A stretch of DNA of 64,000 nucleotides, taken from IMG/VR virus record IMGVR_UViG_3300027983_002388, one strand, 5' to 3'. This DNA is from a virus. The notes beneath the pieces were generated by a model, which had not been told where the DNA came from, searched no databases, and saw only the letters and a program-made list of their open reading frames with translations. Made by a program: the position numbers and the translations under genes. Positions 37,227-46,651 of this stretch are shown here, one piece after another (positions within the stretch are counted from its first letter, which is position 1; each line of letters begins with the position of its first letter).

Positions 37227-38496
37227 CACTAGACCTCCGATAAGCATCAGCTTCAGCCCCACTCATGGCGTCACTGATGGCTTTTCCTTTCAGGTGCATG
37301 AAGTCTTGCGACTTCACAGTTGGTTGGTAGTTCAAGAATCGTTGAAGCTCTGCTTCCTTGCCAGAAATTCTAGCGAAATCCAACACGTCTGTCGTTAGAA
37401 CTTTTTGTCCTGCCGCCTGAAGTTCTGGATTCTCCAATTGCTTGTACAAGTCTCGATGTTTCAATAGCTGTGCTACCTGAGCCACGTCAAATCGGTACAA
37501 CCTGACAAGGAAAGAAGTAGCGTCAGAAACATCATTGGCGTACTTGAGGCGATTGAGTTGAATTCGGACGGCTTTAGGGTCGTCTTGCTTCAATAGCCAA
37601 GCAAGCACAGCTTTGATGTTCTTGACGTTTCCAATGCGATCTACATCGTGCATATCGACTTGAAGTCCTGGAAATACTGCGGGCAGCAATCCGGTGGCTT
37701 CGTAATTCTTCAGGTAGTTGACTGGACTAGCCGCCTTCTGAAGACCGCCAGTGAATTCGGCGGCGATACGTTCTGGTGAAACTCCAGCTAAGTCTTTGAA
37801 TTCTTCAATGGCCGATAGGGTTTCTTTATCCAGATGTTGCATGATGTATCCAGGATTGAAGCGTGAGAAGAACCGAACAAGTCGGGGGATTCTCAGCTTG
37901 TCTTCTCGGAAGCGATCACGAGCGTTTCCAACAGGACGGGCAACAAGATTCTTAATGTCGTGCAGCCCTTGTCCTTCTCCTTCATCGTTTAGGTTGTAGT
38001 CTCTGACTTCCTTCTTGTGAATGTCATAGAACAAAGCGTTGTAAGTTAGGTCACGACGTTGAGCATCTTTGGCTGGAGTGCTGAAGCTCACAGAGTCAGG
38101 ACGCCTCCCATCGGTGTATTGTCCATCTTCCCGGAATGTTGCGATCTCGTATTCCTCTCCATCGACAACAGCGGAAATGACACCGAATGCTTCGCCTTTT
38201 GGAAAGGTTTTGATGCCTTGTGATTGAGCAGCCGGACTGCTCAAGATCGCCATCACCTTGTCGGGCGGCGCTTCGGTTGCAAGGTCTACGTCTTTTGGAG
38301 AAAATTTCCCGCCGTGGTGTTGGGAATATAGAAAATCCCGAATTACCCCACCTACGGCAAACAACGAGGCTCCCTGGCGGGCAAAAAGCTCGCTGAGGGT
38401 ATACACCGCTGCGGGAAGCGGAATATCTGCCTTGATGCTGTGAAATTTTTCTTCCACGGTTTCTAAAAACCCCCGGAATTTAAGTTGTGCGACCAT
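37204..38496 (-). CDS. cca: tRNA nucleotidyltransferase (CCA-adding enzyme, class II)
   Basis: VGGVIRD, DVDLAT, EIATFR, DAQRRDLTYNAL, FREDKLR, VSPERI. Confidence 0.9.
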   Translation of the reverse strand: MVAQLKFRGFLETVEEKFHSIKADIPLPAAVYTLSELFARQGASLFAVGGVIRDFLYSQHHGGKFSPKDVDLATEAPPDKVMAILSSPAAQSQGIKTFPKGEAFGVISAVVDGEEYEIATFREDGQYTDGRRPDSVSFSTPAKDAQRRDLTYNALFYDIHKKEVRDYNLNDEGEGQGLHDIKNLVARPVGNARDRFREDKLRIPRLVRFFSRFNPGYIMQHLDKETLSAIEEFKDLAGVSPERIAAEFTGGLQKAASPVNYLKNYEATGLLPAVFPGLQVDMHDVDRIGNVKNIKAVLAWLLKQDDPKAVRIQLNRLKYANDVSDATSFLVRLYRFDVAQVAQLLKHRDLYKQLENPELQAAGQKVLTTDVLDFARISGKEAELQRFLNYQPTVKSQDFMHLKGKAISDAMSGAEADAYRRSSDEVVAGR

Positions 38497-38625
38497 GTTT
38501 TCTCCCAGAGTATACCATATTTTGATGTTCTTGTAAAGCGTTGGATATTCCTTTCGTCATGGGAATATATACCTTCGTAGCGTTGGTCTATTCGACGCAA
38601 TCACCTTTCAAACGAGGGTCCACAT

Positions 38626-38925
38626 ATGACAAAGAACAAAATTCAGTCGCTTATTGTCGAGCATCTTCTCAAGCACGGTCAGATCGAGCTTGTTCTCCCG
38701 GACGGCGTAACACTCGAAATCGGACTTACCCAGGAAAACCAGGACGGTAAATTGACAATTCAGGATGATTATTGCTGGGTTATTGCATCCCAAGGTGGAC
38801 GAGCCACCAGTATCGACTCATACAATATGGGCCTTCGTTTCACAGACAAAGAAAATATCTTGGTATTTGAAGATAAATTCGTTGACCAAGACGGAGAGCA
38901 AGTTCGTCGGCTAGATGTTGTTTAA
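38626..38925 (+). CDS. Hypothetical protein
   Basis: 99 aa ORF with GAGG RBS. Confidence 0.65.
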   Translation: MTKNKIQSLIVEHLLKHGQIELVLPDGVTLEIGLTQENQDGKLTIQDDYCWVIASQGGRATSIDSYNMGLRFTDKENILVFEDKFVDQDGEQVRRLDVV

Positions 38926-38947
38926 GATAATCAAAAAATATTTCGCC

Positions 38948-39301
38948 TTAAACACAATGGAGATTGCCCAGCGTATTGATGTGCGTTATACTTCCATTGT
39001 TGGATAGGTGAAGCTCCATAGTTCCTTCGGCCATTTTATTCGTGGCCATAGGAACATTGAACTCAACCCACAGGGTAAAACCTGTGGGAGTCCAGTAACA
39101 TCGGGAGAGCGTAATTGATACGCCTTTGGGTTTTATTTCGCTCGATGATATAATTGCAAGGCGGTTGATATTTGCCTTTACGGTCTGTAATACGAAGGCC
39201 AACAGCCTTGAACTATCCAAGAAGTGTGTCCAGTTTGCGACCAGGAGTTCTTCCAGTTTGTCTTCTCTGAAGATGTTCTTCAGCACACTTACCAATTCCA
39301 T
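38948..39301 (-). CDS. Hypothetical protein
   Basis: 117 aa ORF. Confidence 0.6.
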   Translation of the reverse strand: MELVSVLKNIFREDKLEELLVANWTHFLDSSRLLAFVLQTVKANINRLAIISSSEIKPKGVSITLSRCYWTPTGFTLWVEFNVPMATNKMAEGTMELHLSNNGSITHINTLGNLHCV

Positions 39302-39303
39302 GT

Positions 39304-39573
39304 TTGGAGTTTCCCGTGAAAAAGCCAGATTTTTATTTAAAAGAGTATTGCCAGCGTCTTTCGGACGACAACCTCAAGTTCCTTACCGGACGGTTGAACC
39401 AAAGATTGGGTGGCGATGTGGCAGAAGTTCTTGATTTCTTGAGCAATGTGCGAGAGATTGACCGATGGCTTGCATCGGCAGAAACCAGTAACGATCTTTA
39501 CGATATGATCGACCTTGTGAAAGCATCAACGGTGAAAGAATATGATCGACGTTGCAACGGCCACGCAGCCTGA
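39304..39573 (+). CDS. Hypothetical protein
   Basis: ORF; start probably GTG after GGAG. Confidence 0.6.
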   Translation: MEFPVKKPDFYLKEYCQRLSDDNLKFLTGRLNQRLGGDVAEVLDFLSNVREIDRWLASAETSNDLYDMIDLVKASTVKEYDRRCNGHAA

Positions 39574-39765
39574 GCCTCGGCTCAAATACTGCGAACAAAT
39601 TCCCCCAAAAAAATCTCGATTCTGGTTAGGGTTCCTATTTGGAGTCCCGTTGTATCCATTGGTTATTCCGTGGGTGCTATTCGGTCTACCGGATAAGTAC
39701 GCTGAAGCGTATCTTCGGTTGTATGCGGAATACATCAGATTCGTGATGCACACTTTAGGTGTTTC

Positions 39766-40314
39766 ATGAAAAAATTGTTTATGGCAATTACGATATTGTT
39801 GATTTCGGCAATAGCGGTCATTGCCGCTGATATTCCCAAAGATTGTCGAGTTGCAAATATTCCACCAGGATATTGTTGCTGGGCAAGTCTTGAAACTTTG
39901 GGAAAAGTCCACAAAATTTCCAGCTTAGATGGACTGCTGGACGCCAGGACCAGAGAGGACGATACGATCATTATCGTTCAAGGTTCCGGCGTTTCATTTC
40001 GACAAGTTGAGCCGAAAAATTACGGCTACGATCACGCTATTCGCAAAAAGCTCACTGATCTCAAGGTGAAGTTTTGGATGAATACCACTGGTAATGCCGA
40101 CCGCTCTCTGTTAAAGTATGCGAACTCGCATGGATGCTTGGTGGGACTCAAGGCAGGCGCTAGAGGTCAACTTGGCCACGGCATTGTTTTGACTCATTAC
40201 GATGATAAGATCATTCGGTTTTATGACTCCAACCAACCGGATGATACTTGGGAAGGATCGAGAGAGTGGTTCGATTTTTGGTGGAGTGGCCTAATCGTTG
40301 TAGTTGAGAAATGA
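39766..40314 (+). CDS. Secreted papain-like (C39-like) peptidase
   Basis: Signal peptide, GYCCWAS, HGIVL, YDSN. Confidence 0.7.
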   Translation: MKKLFMAITILLISAIAVIAADIPKDCRVANIPPGYCCWASLETLGKVHKISSLDGLLDARTREDDTIIIVQGSGVSFRQVEPKNYGYDHAIRKKLTDLKVKFWMNTTGNADRSLLKYANSHGCLVGLKAGARGQLGHGIVLTHYDDKIIRFYDSNQPDDTWEGSREWFDFWWSGLIVVVEK

Positions 40315-40703
40315 AATTTCACATCAAGAAGAATGCCCACTTTGAGGCTCGTATATACATTGGCAATCGTGTCAAGTATAACGGGCCTCAATTTTCTTTT
40401 GCCGAGCTTAGAGAAGCCATTGGATATTTCCAATCAAACAATGGAATTGAGGCGTCCAATCCCGTTCGTATAACCCCCACAACATTTGTTTGGGAAAAGT
40501 ACGATGAAGAGGGATGGGAAATCGCTGTAATTGATTACCCAAGGGTCAGCAAGCCGCATAGTGTTTTGCGTGAGTTTGCATACAACTTGGCAGTTCATTT
40601 GTTTGAGAGGTTTGAACAGAACCGAATGTCTATTGTTTTTCCCGACGAGATAGTTATGCTGGAGGCCGATGACGCAGAAGAAAACAAGTACAACCAAAAG
40701 TAA
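40311..40703 (+). CDS. Hypothetical protein
   Basis: 130 aa coupled ORF. Confidence 0.65.
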   Translation: MKFHIKKNAHFEARIYIGNRVKYNGPQFSFAELREAIGYFQSNNGIEASNPVRITPTTFVWEKYDEEGWEIAVIDYPRVSKPHSVLREFAYNLAVHLFERFEQNRMSIVFPDEIVMLEADDAEENKYNQK

Positions 40704-40719
40704 TCGCAAGGAGAAAAAA

Positions 40720-43700
40720 GTGCCTGTAGTAATCAAAGCTGAGGATCAGCCTGTTGTTGTAGCTACATCTGATTATCCTTACGCCAAATGGAAGTTTGAG
40801 ACGTTCAATCCGGTTCAAAGTCGGATTATGGATTTTTATGACAAGGATGTAAACGGTCTTATCGCCGCTATGACTTCAGCAGGCAAGACAGTCGTAGCTG
40901 AAATGTTTCTTGCGCAAGAAATTCGTAAACGTGGTGGCAAGGGCATGTTCCTTGCTCCTTTGCGTGCATTGGCTCGTGAGAAAATCACCGATTGGAAAAA
41001 CGAGAATTATCACTTCGCCGACCAGAAAATTTCTATCTGCACAGGTGATTATAGGCTCACAAAAGAGCGTGCCAAAGAATTGAATGATGCCAATCTCATC
41101 ATCATGACTTCGGAAATGTTAAATCACCGCAGTCGCAATCATAAGGCCGAACAAAATAATTGGCTTCTTGATGTTGGCACGTTAATTATTGATGAATGTT
41201 TGTCTCCAAATGCAATAATTGAAACAGATCAAGGTCCAATTTCTATTGGAGACATCATTGACAAAAATCTGGATGTTAAAGTTGCATCCATGAATCACTC
41301 AACCAAACAAATTGTATTCAAAAAAATAGTTGCTCGTCAGAAAAAGTTGTTAAAAAGAAGATGGCACACCATATATTATGACGGTGGGCATATTTCTGCG
41401 ACATCAAATCATTTGGTGTGGTGTGAAAATCGTGGTTATATTCCCTCTAAAGACATTCAAGAGGGAGATGTTATTTATGTACGAGGAATTAACGAAGAGA
41501 GAAAAACAAGTAATATTGGGAACTTTACTGGGAGACGGTTCGATAGCTCGACTTCCGCACGGAAAGTCAGCAAGATTGAGGGTTCAACAGTGTTCGGCTC
41601 AAAAGGCTTTAGTCGAATGGAAGTACAACGAGTTGAAGCGATTGGTTGGCACCCCTCCACAAATCAAACCGAACCAAGGGTACGGAAAGGAAGTGTGCAG
41701 ATTCAACACATTGTCAAGCAAAATGTTGTTGGCAATACATTCGATGTGTTATCCACGAGGGAAGAAAATAGTAAATTCTCAGTGGTTGGACGAGATCACC
41801 GATCCGGTGGCATTGGCGGTGTGGTACATGGACGACGGAAGCCAGGGTCCAAGTATGATGGCAATTCACACCGAGGGCTTTCCCAAATCAGAAGTGGAAT
41901 TGTTAGCGCATTGGTTGGAAACGAAATGGTCGGTGGCTTGCGAAGCCTATCCGACAAAACAATATTGGCAACTCAGATTTCCAGCGAAGGGTCGGGATCG
42001 TTTTCAAGAACTGGTTCGTCACGAAATAATTTCAGACATGAATTACAAGGTGCTGCCAAAAATGGAGCAGATATTTTGTTCGATGTGTGGTCAGAAATTC
42101 ATCGCAGATCGCCGCAGTCTTCATCAAGTCAGGAAGGTCATGCTTTGTGGGGCCAAGGAGTGTCGGTTGAATTGGGACAGGATGTACAGCCGGACGGAGA
42201 CATGGATTCAGAGGAATCTTGGTGTTGCGACTTAGAAGTTGAATCTGATTGTTTTGAAGATTGCAATTTTTTTGCAGATGGAGTTCTTGTCCATAATAGT
42301 CACTTGTTGACTGTTCCAGGTCGTGGAGATCACCTGGAAGTTGGACTCATGAAGTTCACAGAGATCAATCCCAAGGCTCGTCTCGTGTTGCTTTCAGCAA
42401 CGATGCCTAATGTAGAAGAGATTGCCGACTGGATTAGTTATTCTTTGACCAAGCGTGAAACTTTCATGTTGCGGTCCAAGTATCGACCAGTGCCTTTGAC
42501 TCTTCACTATGAGTCTTATTACGACGTAGGCAGATACGATCAAGTCGAAGAAGAGAAGGTCAATAAAGCCCTTGAAATTATTGAATGGTATCCAGACGAC
42601 AAGTTCCTTGTCTTCGCCCATACAAAGCGTACTGGCGAATTGATGAAGCAAAATTTGCGATCATTGGGCATTGAAGCTCAATTTCACAATGCTGATTTGC
42701 AAGCTGATGAGCGTGCTAAGGTGGAAGATCGTTTCAAAACTGATCCTAAGCTACGGGTCATTGTGGCTACATCGACTTTGGCATGGGGCTTAAACCTTCC
42801 TGCTCGACGTGTGATTATTTTGGGCGTCAATCGAGGAATTGGCGAGGTTGAAACTCACGATATTCTTCAGATGGTCGGTCGATCTGGTCGGCTGGGAATT
42901 GATCCGATGGGTGATGCGTACATCCTCGTTCCTGAAAGTGAAGAGGCAAAATATCGTCAGAAATTCAGCAAGCCGAATCGTATTGAATCCCAGCTTTTAG
43001 AAAAAGTTGGTGACAAATACAAGGTGTTAGCTTTCCATCTTGTTAGTGAAATTCATCACGGCACTGTGTCAACAACCGATGATGTTCATGCTTGGTATAA
43101 GCGGTCGTTGGCTTATTTCCAAAACAAGGCTCTGGATGAAACTGTTGTAGACCAGACTTTAGACTTACTGCGGAAATGCAGTGCGGTTTGGAAAGAAGAT
43201 GCTGTTGAAGGTGAGACGGATGAAAAATGGATTTGCCGACCTATTGGGAAAGTTTCCAGCATGTTTTACTTCAGTCCATTTGATGTCTCGGACTTGTATT
43301 TTAACTTCAAGAATTTATTCCAAGACAATAAAGAGGACGACGATTACTTCGTGTCAACGGCTCTGGGAAATATTGATGGTCAGAGAATGAATATAGTTTC
43401 TCGTATTGAGAAAGAAGAGATGAGTCTTTATGCCGCAAAGGTGCGGACCTTGATGCCAGGGAAGTTCTTCAATGATGCCTCTTTGAAGGCTAGTTTTTGC
43501 TACTTCAATTTGTTAAATGGCGTGAACAGCCAAGCCTGTGCCACAACGCAAAGGAATCTTCAGTTCGATTTCAATCGGCTGTCACAGGTTCTTCAGTCGC
43601 TCGATACATTTGGCGGCAATTGGCAACGTGAAAGTTACTTCAAGATTCTTGAGGGGCGTATTACCAATGGGGTTCCAGTTCACTTAGTTGATCTTTGTCG

Positions 43701-43884
43701 TTTGGCAAACATTGGCAAAGCACGAGCTACGAAGCTCTATGAAGCTGGATTTAAGACTGTTGAATCGGTTGCTGATATGGACTTTGAGAACTTCAAGAAG
43801 ATTGTCAACAGTACGGGTAAATCCATGAAGGTAGACGCAGCTAAGGAAGTGTTTGAATCTGCCAAGGTGTTCGCTTTGCTTTAA
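40720..43884 (+). CDS. Ski2/Hel308-like SF2 helicase precursor containing an intein
   Basis: FNPVQ, TSAGKT, APLRALA, DE/SH split by the intein, LSAT, ATSTLAWGLNLPA, QMVGRSGR, C-terminal HhH; GTG start after AAGGAG. Confidence 0.92.
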   Translation: MPVVIKAEDQPVVVATSDYPYAKWKFETFNPVQSRIMDFYDKDVNGLIAAMTSAGKTVVAEMFLAQEIRKRGGKGMFLAPLRALAREKITDWKNENYHFADQKISICTGDYRLTKERAKELNDANLIIMTSEMLNHRSRNHKAEQNNWLLDVGTLIIDECLSPNAIIETDQGPISIGDIIDKNLDVKVASMNHSTKQIVFKKIVARQKKLLKRRWHTIYYDGGHISATSNHLVWCENRGYIPSKDIQEGDVIYVRGINEERKTSNIGNFTGRRFDSSTSARKVSKIEGSTVFGSKGFSRMEVQRVEAIGWHPSTNQTEPRVRKGSVQIQHIVKQNVVGNTFDVLSTREENSKFSVVGRDHRSGGIGGVVHGRRKPGSKYDGNSHRGLSQIRSGIVSALVGNEMVGGLRSLSDKTILATQISSEGSGSFSRTGSSRNNFRHELQGAAKNGADILFDVWSEIHRRSPQSSSSQEGHALWGQGVSVELGQDVQPDGDMDSEESWCCDLEVESDCFEDCNFFADGVLVHNSHLLTVPGRGDHLEVGLMKFTEINPKARLVLLSATMPNVEEIADWISYSLTKRETFMLRSKYRPVPLTLHYESYYDVGRYDQVEEEKVNKALEIIEWYPDDKFLVFAHTKRTGELMKQNLRSLGIEAQFHNADLQADERAKVEDRFKTDPKLRVIVATSTLAWGLNLPARRVIILGVNRGIGEVETHDILQMVGRSGRLGIDPMGDAYILVPESEEAKYRQKFSKPNRIESQLLEKVGDKYKVLAFHLVSEIHHGTVSTTDDVHAWYKRSLAYFQNKALDETVVDQTLDLLRKCSAVWKEDAVEGETDEKWICRPIGKVSSMFYFSPFDVSDLYFNFKNLFQDNKEDDDYFVSTALGNIDGQRMNIVSRIEKEEMSLYAAKVRTLMPGKFFNDASLKASFCYFNLLNGVNSQACATTQRNLQFDFNRLSQVLQSLDTFGGNWQRESYFKILEGRITNGVPVHLVDLCRLANIGKARATKLYEAGFKTVESVADMDFENFKKIVNSTGKSMKVDAAKEVFESAKVFALL
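41197..42297 (+). mobile_element. Intein (367 aa) in helicase motif II
   Basis: N-terminal CLSPNAII, block B ATSNH, C-terminal CDLEV...NFFADGVLVHN followed by Ser; splicing restores IIDESH. Confidence 0.93.
41477..42235 (+). CDS. LAGLIDADG homing endonuclease in the +1 frame inside the intein
   Basis: ILGTLLGDGS and LAVWYMDDGS motifs, HTEGF; GGAG 9 nt before ATG; C-terminal CxxC...CxxxxC. Confidence 0.9.
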   Translation: MYEELTKREKQVILGTLLGDGSIARLPHGKSARLRVQQCSAQKALVEWKYNELKRLVGTPPQIKPNQGYGKEVCRFNTLSSKMLLAIHSMCYPRGKKIVNSQWLDEITDPVALAVWYMDDGSQGPSMMAIHTEGFPKSEVELLAHWLETKWSVACEAYPTKQYWQLRFPAKGRDRFQELVRHEIISDMNYKVLPKMEQIFCSMCGQKFIADRRSLHQVRKVMLCGAKECRLNWDRMYSRTETWIQRNLGVAT

Positions 43885-44591
43885 CGGCGAATTTTGCGAG
43901 TCTTGGTGATTCTTTCTAATAGCTTCTGTTTGCTGATGTAGGTTTTCTGGACGCCAGTTCTCACTGAGCGTTGCTTGAACGCAGCAAATGAAGCCGAGCC
44001 ACTGCACTCACCTAATAGACTTCCAGTGCTGCTCACCAAACAGCATGAGCAGCAATGCGCAGATGGCGGTGTAATAGACACTCCTACGCCACCACAATCT
44101 CCCACAGATACGCTGGTTCCTCCTCCGTTTATGGAGCAACCGAAGGGAGCGCCGCAAGCATCGCTGCATCCTGACAGTGACACTGTTCCAGCACCAATTG
44201 CCGTAAAAGAAAATCCTGATCCATACAGACAGCAGCCTGATGTTGACAGGGTGATAGTAATAGTTGAGCATGGAATAGAGCAAGTCGGGACTGAAGTGTC
44301 TGGCACTGATCCAGTGGTTGCTTGCGCATAAACATATCCATCACTGTCTTCTATATCAAACAGATATGCTTGATAATCAAAGTCTGGAAAATCAACATCT
44401 AATTCAGGCGCACGAAGGGGAGCAGGCACAGCAATAGGCGCACAATCACATCCGGGCGGATAAACACTTGAGCTTGTTCCACACAAATACACATAGGTCC
44501 AGCTTGTGTAGCATGGACATGGTGGGCAACACTTGCAGTTGCAGCCGCAATAGCTGCCAGTTCCCAAGCAATATGGAGGATTACATGCCAT
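43881..44591 (-). CDS. Cysteine-rich hypothetical protein
   Basis: 236 aa with many Cys clusters, coupled to the upstream ORF. Confidence 0.65.
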   Translation of the reverse strand: MACNPPYCLGTGSYCGCNCKCCPPCPCYTSWTYVYLCGTSSSVYPPGCDCAPIAVPAPLRAPELDVDFPDFDYQAYLFDIEDSDGYVYAQATTGSVPDTSVPTCSIPCSTITITLSTSGCCLYGSGFSFTAIGAGTVSLSGCSDACGAPFGCSINGGGTSVSVGDCGGVGVSITPPSAHCCSCCLVSSTGSLLGECSGSASFAAFKQRSVRTGVQKTYISKQKLLERITKTRKIRR

Positions 44592-44861
44592 TTATTCTTT
44601 GCCAAAAAATCCCGTAGGATATTCCATTTTTACAGTGCCATTGCCTTTTGTTGGTTTGCCATCGTCATCCTCGACCCACCAACGCACCTGTTCGACAGGT
44701 ATGTTGAGTTCATCCATGTGGCACTTATCTTTTGGAAACACTGGCATGTGATATTCCGTGCCTTCTACTAGAATCGCTACTTTACATTCGCCTTTTTGGT
44801 TATTGTATAGCATACAATTTCTGCATATCGGTTCCACTTGTTTTTTCTTTGCCATTTTCAT
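44592..44861 (-). CDS. Hypothetical protein with CxxC motif
   Basis: ICRNC...C. Confidence 0.65.
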   Translation of the reverse strand: MKMAKKKQVEPICRNCMLYNNQKGECKVAILVEGTEYHMPVFPKDKCHMDELNIPVEQVRWWVEDDDGKPTKGNGTVKMEYPTGFFGKE

Positions 44862-44938
44862 ATTCCTTGATGAAGGGCCTTGAGATATAATTCGGCTTAC
44901 CTTATTACAGTAACAACTGCTCTAAATGGAGGCCGACT

Positions 44939-45628
44939 ATGCAGGTATTAGGTGTCGCTGCTCAACTTGCCAACGGCAAAGACGTTCTTTGTGACTATTT
45001 GGTGAAGGTTCTCAATAGATCATATGCCGAGAATGATCCCAATCGTTGGCATCGTAGTGCATTTGCAAATGCCGTTAAGGATGTCTTTGAAAGTAGTTTC
45101 GGCGTTGATCGGGATTTCACTGAAAAATGGAAGAGAAACCCTGAATCTCCTCCAGACATGCTACAGAGCGTGAGAAAAAGTCTCCAATTTATTGGAGATG
45201 GATTTCGCAAGATTAGAGACGGCATCTGGATTGAAATTGCCCTACGAGACGAGAGTAAGAAACTGGTTATTTCCGACAGCCGGTACATAAATGAAGCTAA
45301 GGCTGTAAAAACCAAAGACGGATTTATGGTTGTTTTGTATCGTCCTGGCTTCTTGAATGATGATCCTAATCCTTCTGAGGCTCAGATTAAACCTATCGTA
45401 GAGTTCTGTGCCAATCACTTGGAAGAAGGCCCCATTCCATCCTATCAAACTCTGGTTCTTGCTTTCGGAGAAAAGGCAGTTCCCGAAGGAATGAAGTATT
45501 ACGATTACTATCTTATCAATGACGGGGCTTTGGAAGATTTGTATTCCAAAGTGGACCGATTACTGGTTCCAATCATTGAGAGAAAATATGAACAGAGTCA
45601 CAAGTCCGGGCGACCGGGTGAATGTTAA
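44939..45628 (+). CDS. Deoxynucleoside monophosphate kinase (T4 gp1-like)
   Basis: NGKD, FANAVK, RKSLQFIGD, ISDSRYINE, SE, INDG. Confidence 0.85.
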   Translation: MQVLGVAAQLANGKDVLCDYLVKVLNRSYAENDPNRWHRSAFANAVKDVFESSFGVDRDFTEKWKRNPESPPDMLQSVRKSLQFIGDGFRKIRDGIWIEIALRDESKKLVISDSRYINEAKAVKTKDGFMVVLYRPGFLNDDPNPSEAQIKPIVEFCANHLEEGPIPSYQTLVLAFGEKAVPEGMKYYDYYLINDGALEDLYSKVDRLLVPIIERKYEQSHKSGRPGEC

Positions 45629-45956
45629 AAAAGGTTGGGGTTCCGAAGATTGGATTTGGAACGATGACAATTATTGTGGGAAAATTCTAGCCTTTGAAAA
45701 AGGCAAGAAATGTTCTTACCACTATCACAAAATTAAGGATGAAGTCCTTTTTTTATATAGTGGTAAGATCATTATGAAGTATGGCGATGACGATGATTTT
45801 GATGCTGCAACGGTCCTGGTTATGGAACCAGGAATGGCATTCCACGTCACACCTGGGCTTCGCCATCAGATGATTGCTGAAGAGGATTCTCTAATGTATG
45901 AGTTCTCGACTCATCATGAGGATTCGGATTCATACAGGATCGTGGTCGGCGACTAG
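45588..45956 (+). CDS. Cupin (sugar-phosphate isomerase-like)
   Basis: KGWGSE, YCGKIL, HYHKIKDE, PGLRHQ, EFST. Confidence 0.8.
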   Translation: MNRVTSPGDRVNVKKGWGSEDWIWNDDNYCGKILAFEKGKKCSYHYHKIKDEVLFLYSGKIIMKYGDDDDFDAATVLVMEPGMAFHVTPGLRHQMIAEEDSLMYEFSTHHEDSDSYRIVVGD

Positions 45957-45961
45957 GACTT

Positions 45962-46651
45962 CTATTCGCTCAAGGGTTTTTGGTTTTGGTTCTTGATCTT
46001 TTGTTTGAGTTTGCCCATTCCCACTTCTGTTAACACCATAAACGTGTATCCCCTCGATTGGCAGTGTTGGTTGCAGGCTGTCCATTTTGCAGTATTCCTC
46101 GGCAAATGAGTTTGATTTGCAGGCTTGATTTCCCATATTTCGATATGTCCATCATCGAAAAGAATACTCAAGTCCGGGTTGTAATCGTGAACGTCGCCTT
46201 CAAAGCTATATTGAACTTTGAATGGTTCTACGGCGTATGAAATAACTTCGGGCATGGCTTCAAGGTATTCGTACACATCGCATTCCATGCCGCTGCGATA
46301 GTGCATTTCTTTTCCACCATTCTTAGTGGAAATCAGATAGCCTTCTCTGAATTTAGGCTTTCTTTGCTTTAGCTTGCCGTCTTTCTTATTGCTTTGATCT
46401 TTCCAGATCATTGCTTTCATTTGGCCAACCTTGGGTATTTGTGCTTCAGATGGGTGTTTGGCCTTAAAGTGGCTTCTCAAATCCCTAACAGGCGCACCGC
46501 AACGACCAAGAGGGCAAATTACAAACTCACGACCTTCTTCGTGCGACTCTATAATGTGCTTCTTGTATTCTTCAAAGTCGGTATAGCCTTTGCCACACAC
46601 GAAACATTGAAATTTTCTCTTATGATCGTCTTTTGGAAACGGCAGTGGCAT
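45962..46651 (-). CDS. TnsA-N / T4 gp4 head-completion-like nuclease with zinc fingers
   Basis: C2H2-like fingers, YRSGME, EPF, YNPD, WEIKP, KW. Confidence 0.75.
   Translation of the reverse strand: MPLPFPKDDHKRKFQCFVCGKGYTDFEEYKKHIIESHEEGREFVICPLGRCGAPVRDLRSHFKAKHPSEAQIPKVGQMKAMIWKDQSNKKDGKLKQRKPKFREGYLISTKNGGKEMHYRSGMECDVYEYLEAMPEVISYAVEPFKVQYSFEGDVHDYNPDLSILFDDGHIEIWEIKPANQTHLPRNTAKWTACNQHCQSRGYTFMVLTEVGMGKLKQKIKNQNQKPLSE

Noticed and set aside
41378..41476. Longer start for the endonuclease ORF given in the ORF track
   Set aside because: No RBS and it overlaps conserved intein block B; the ATG at 41477 has a well-spaced GGAG
45962..46651. Tn7-like transposon
   Set aside because: Lone TnsA-N-like domain with no TnsB/TnsC or ends; fits a gp4-like phage nuclease better
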